Source of the DNA: Ostreococcus lucimarinus
Lineage: Eukaryota
DNA: 64,000 bases
Strand: one strand, 5' to 3'
NCBI GenBank assembly: GCA_000092065.1
Contig: CP000588.1
The notes under the pieces were generated by a model, which was not told the DNA's origin, made no database searches, and saw nothing but the letters and a program-made list of their open reading frames with translations. Positions 63,494 through 64,000 of this stretch are shown in pieces (within the stretch, counting starts at the first letter, position 1; every line of letters begins with the position of its first letter). The position numbers and the translations under genes are program-made.

Positions 63494-63985
63494 CTATCCT
63501 CTTAGTCCTACAGTGTCCTTTCTGTGCCCGCCGATCAAACAACAGCTGAGCCCGCAGCACCCCGATCGAGCTGACCATTGCTGACTGTGCGTGCAATCAT
63601 CGCGCCAGAGTTCACTGTACACGCGCTCCTGCTCCTCCTTCTTGATGCCAACGATGTCCATCCACGCCTTGTTGTGTTTGAACTCGTTGGCGAATTGAAA
63701 GAGATAGGGAACGGCAATCGGCACGAACAATTGGCCTTTGAGTTCGTCCCGAACGGTGTCGTCCATCGGCACATACAAATCCGAGTAAAATCTTCCTCGC
63801 ACGGAACTCGCCTTCCAGCTCGGCTTGTTGTGTTTCTCCGACTTCTCCGCGCGTTCCTGAAGAAGCTTAGATTTGGAATTGATGACGTCTACATCGCTGG
63901 TAGAAGTGGAATTCCCACTTCCAATCGCCGCCGTCGAGTTTGAGGACGACGATTCCTTGCCGCTATCATCATCATACTCAGACAT
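63494..63985 (-). CDS. hypothetical small protein (163 aa), acidic/Ser-rich N-terminus, Cys-rich C-terminus
   Basis: True ATG at 63983-63985 (MSEYDDDSGKESSSS...); conserved-looking core LKGQLFVPIAVPYLFQFANEFKHNKAWMDIVGIKKEEQERVYSELWRDDCTHSQQW; ends ...CCGLSCCLIGGHRK. GC3-biased codons. Family not recognised. Confidence 0.4.
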   Translation of the reverse strand: MSEYDDDSGKESSSSNSTAAIGSGNSTSTSDVDVINSKSKLLQERAEKSEKHNKPSWKASSVRGRFYSDLYVPMDDTVRDELKGQLFVPIAVPYLFQFANEFKHNKAWMDIVGIKKEEQERVYSELWRDDCTHSQQWSARSGCCGLSCCLIGGHRKDTVGLRG

Positions 63986-64000
63986 GAGGTTGGCGTCGCC

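Noticed and set aside
1-64000. Possibility that the window encodes a prokaryotic or phage defence system (suggested by the DUF3883 hit, the XPF-like nuclease and the DEAD-box helicase)
   Set aside because: Gene content is unambiguously eukaryotic nuclear (TRRAP, ARP6, importin, eIF2B, PI-PLC). The window has a spliceosomal intron, transit peptides, no operon-like co-directional short-spacer clusters with RBS, and no CRISPR or toxin-antitoxin pairs. The nuclease and helicase genes are canonical XPF and DDX10.

Overview
This 64 kb window is not a prokaryotic island. It reads as compact, GC-rich, intron-poor nuclear DNA from a photosynthetic eukaryote. It is most consistent with a prasinophyte-type green alga such as Micromonas or Ostreococcus, but that assignment is an inference from gene content and signal usage only.

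I can support about 33 protein-coding genes, almost all single-exon, packed head-to-head or tail-to-tail with intergenic spacers of about 20-300 bp. Genes identified from conserved motifs (full list in features):
- Plastid-function genes: chlorophyll synthase ChlG, IspH/HDR of the MEP pathway, phosphoglucan-water dikinase with a CBM20 domain, an EamA transporter, and a Rubisco-LSMT-like SET protein. Several carry Ala/Arg/Thr-rich transit-peptide-like N-termini.
- Nuclear, chromatin and translation genes: TRRAP/Tra1 as a single 11.5 kb exon, ARP6, a JmjN/JmjC demethylase, a three-HMG-box protein, importin-9, XPF/ERCC4, eIF2B-epsilon, DDX10/Dbp4, DNA primase large subunit, TruB, a second small SET-domain protein and PI-PLC.
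- Mitochondrial genes: LETM1 and a DNAJC11-like protein.

No rRNA, tRNA, CRISPR array, transposon or prokaryotic defence/operon structure is visible.

The most interesting observations:
- One clear spliceosomal intron and two inferred 5' micro-exon introns, all with AAG|GTGCG-type donors.
- (ACG)n microsatellites abutting start codons or encoding poly-Thr/poly-Asp tracts.
- Head-to-head genes with overlapping candidate start codons at a CATG.
- Near-zero spacers between some same-strand genes, and TGTAA poly(A) signals.
- A DUF3883 (restriction-endonuclease-like) protein.
- Lineage-specific low-complexity insertions in otherwise conserved proteins (XPF, ARP6, the J domain of DNAJC11).

The many long Arg-rich ORFs in the six-frame track are antisense or 5'-extension artefacts of the GC-rich codon bias. 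The track also uses GTG/TTG starts, so I re-derived starts from the first in-frame ATG. All coordinates include the stop codon.
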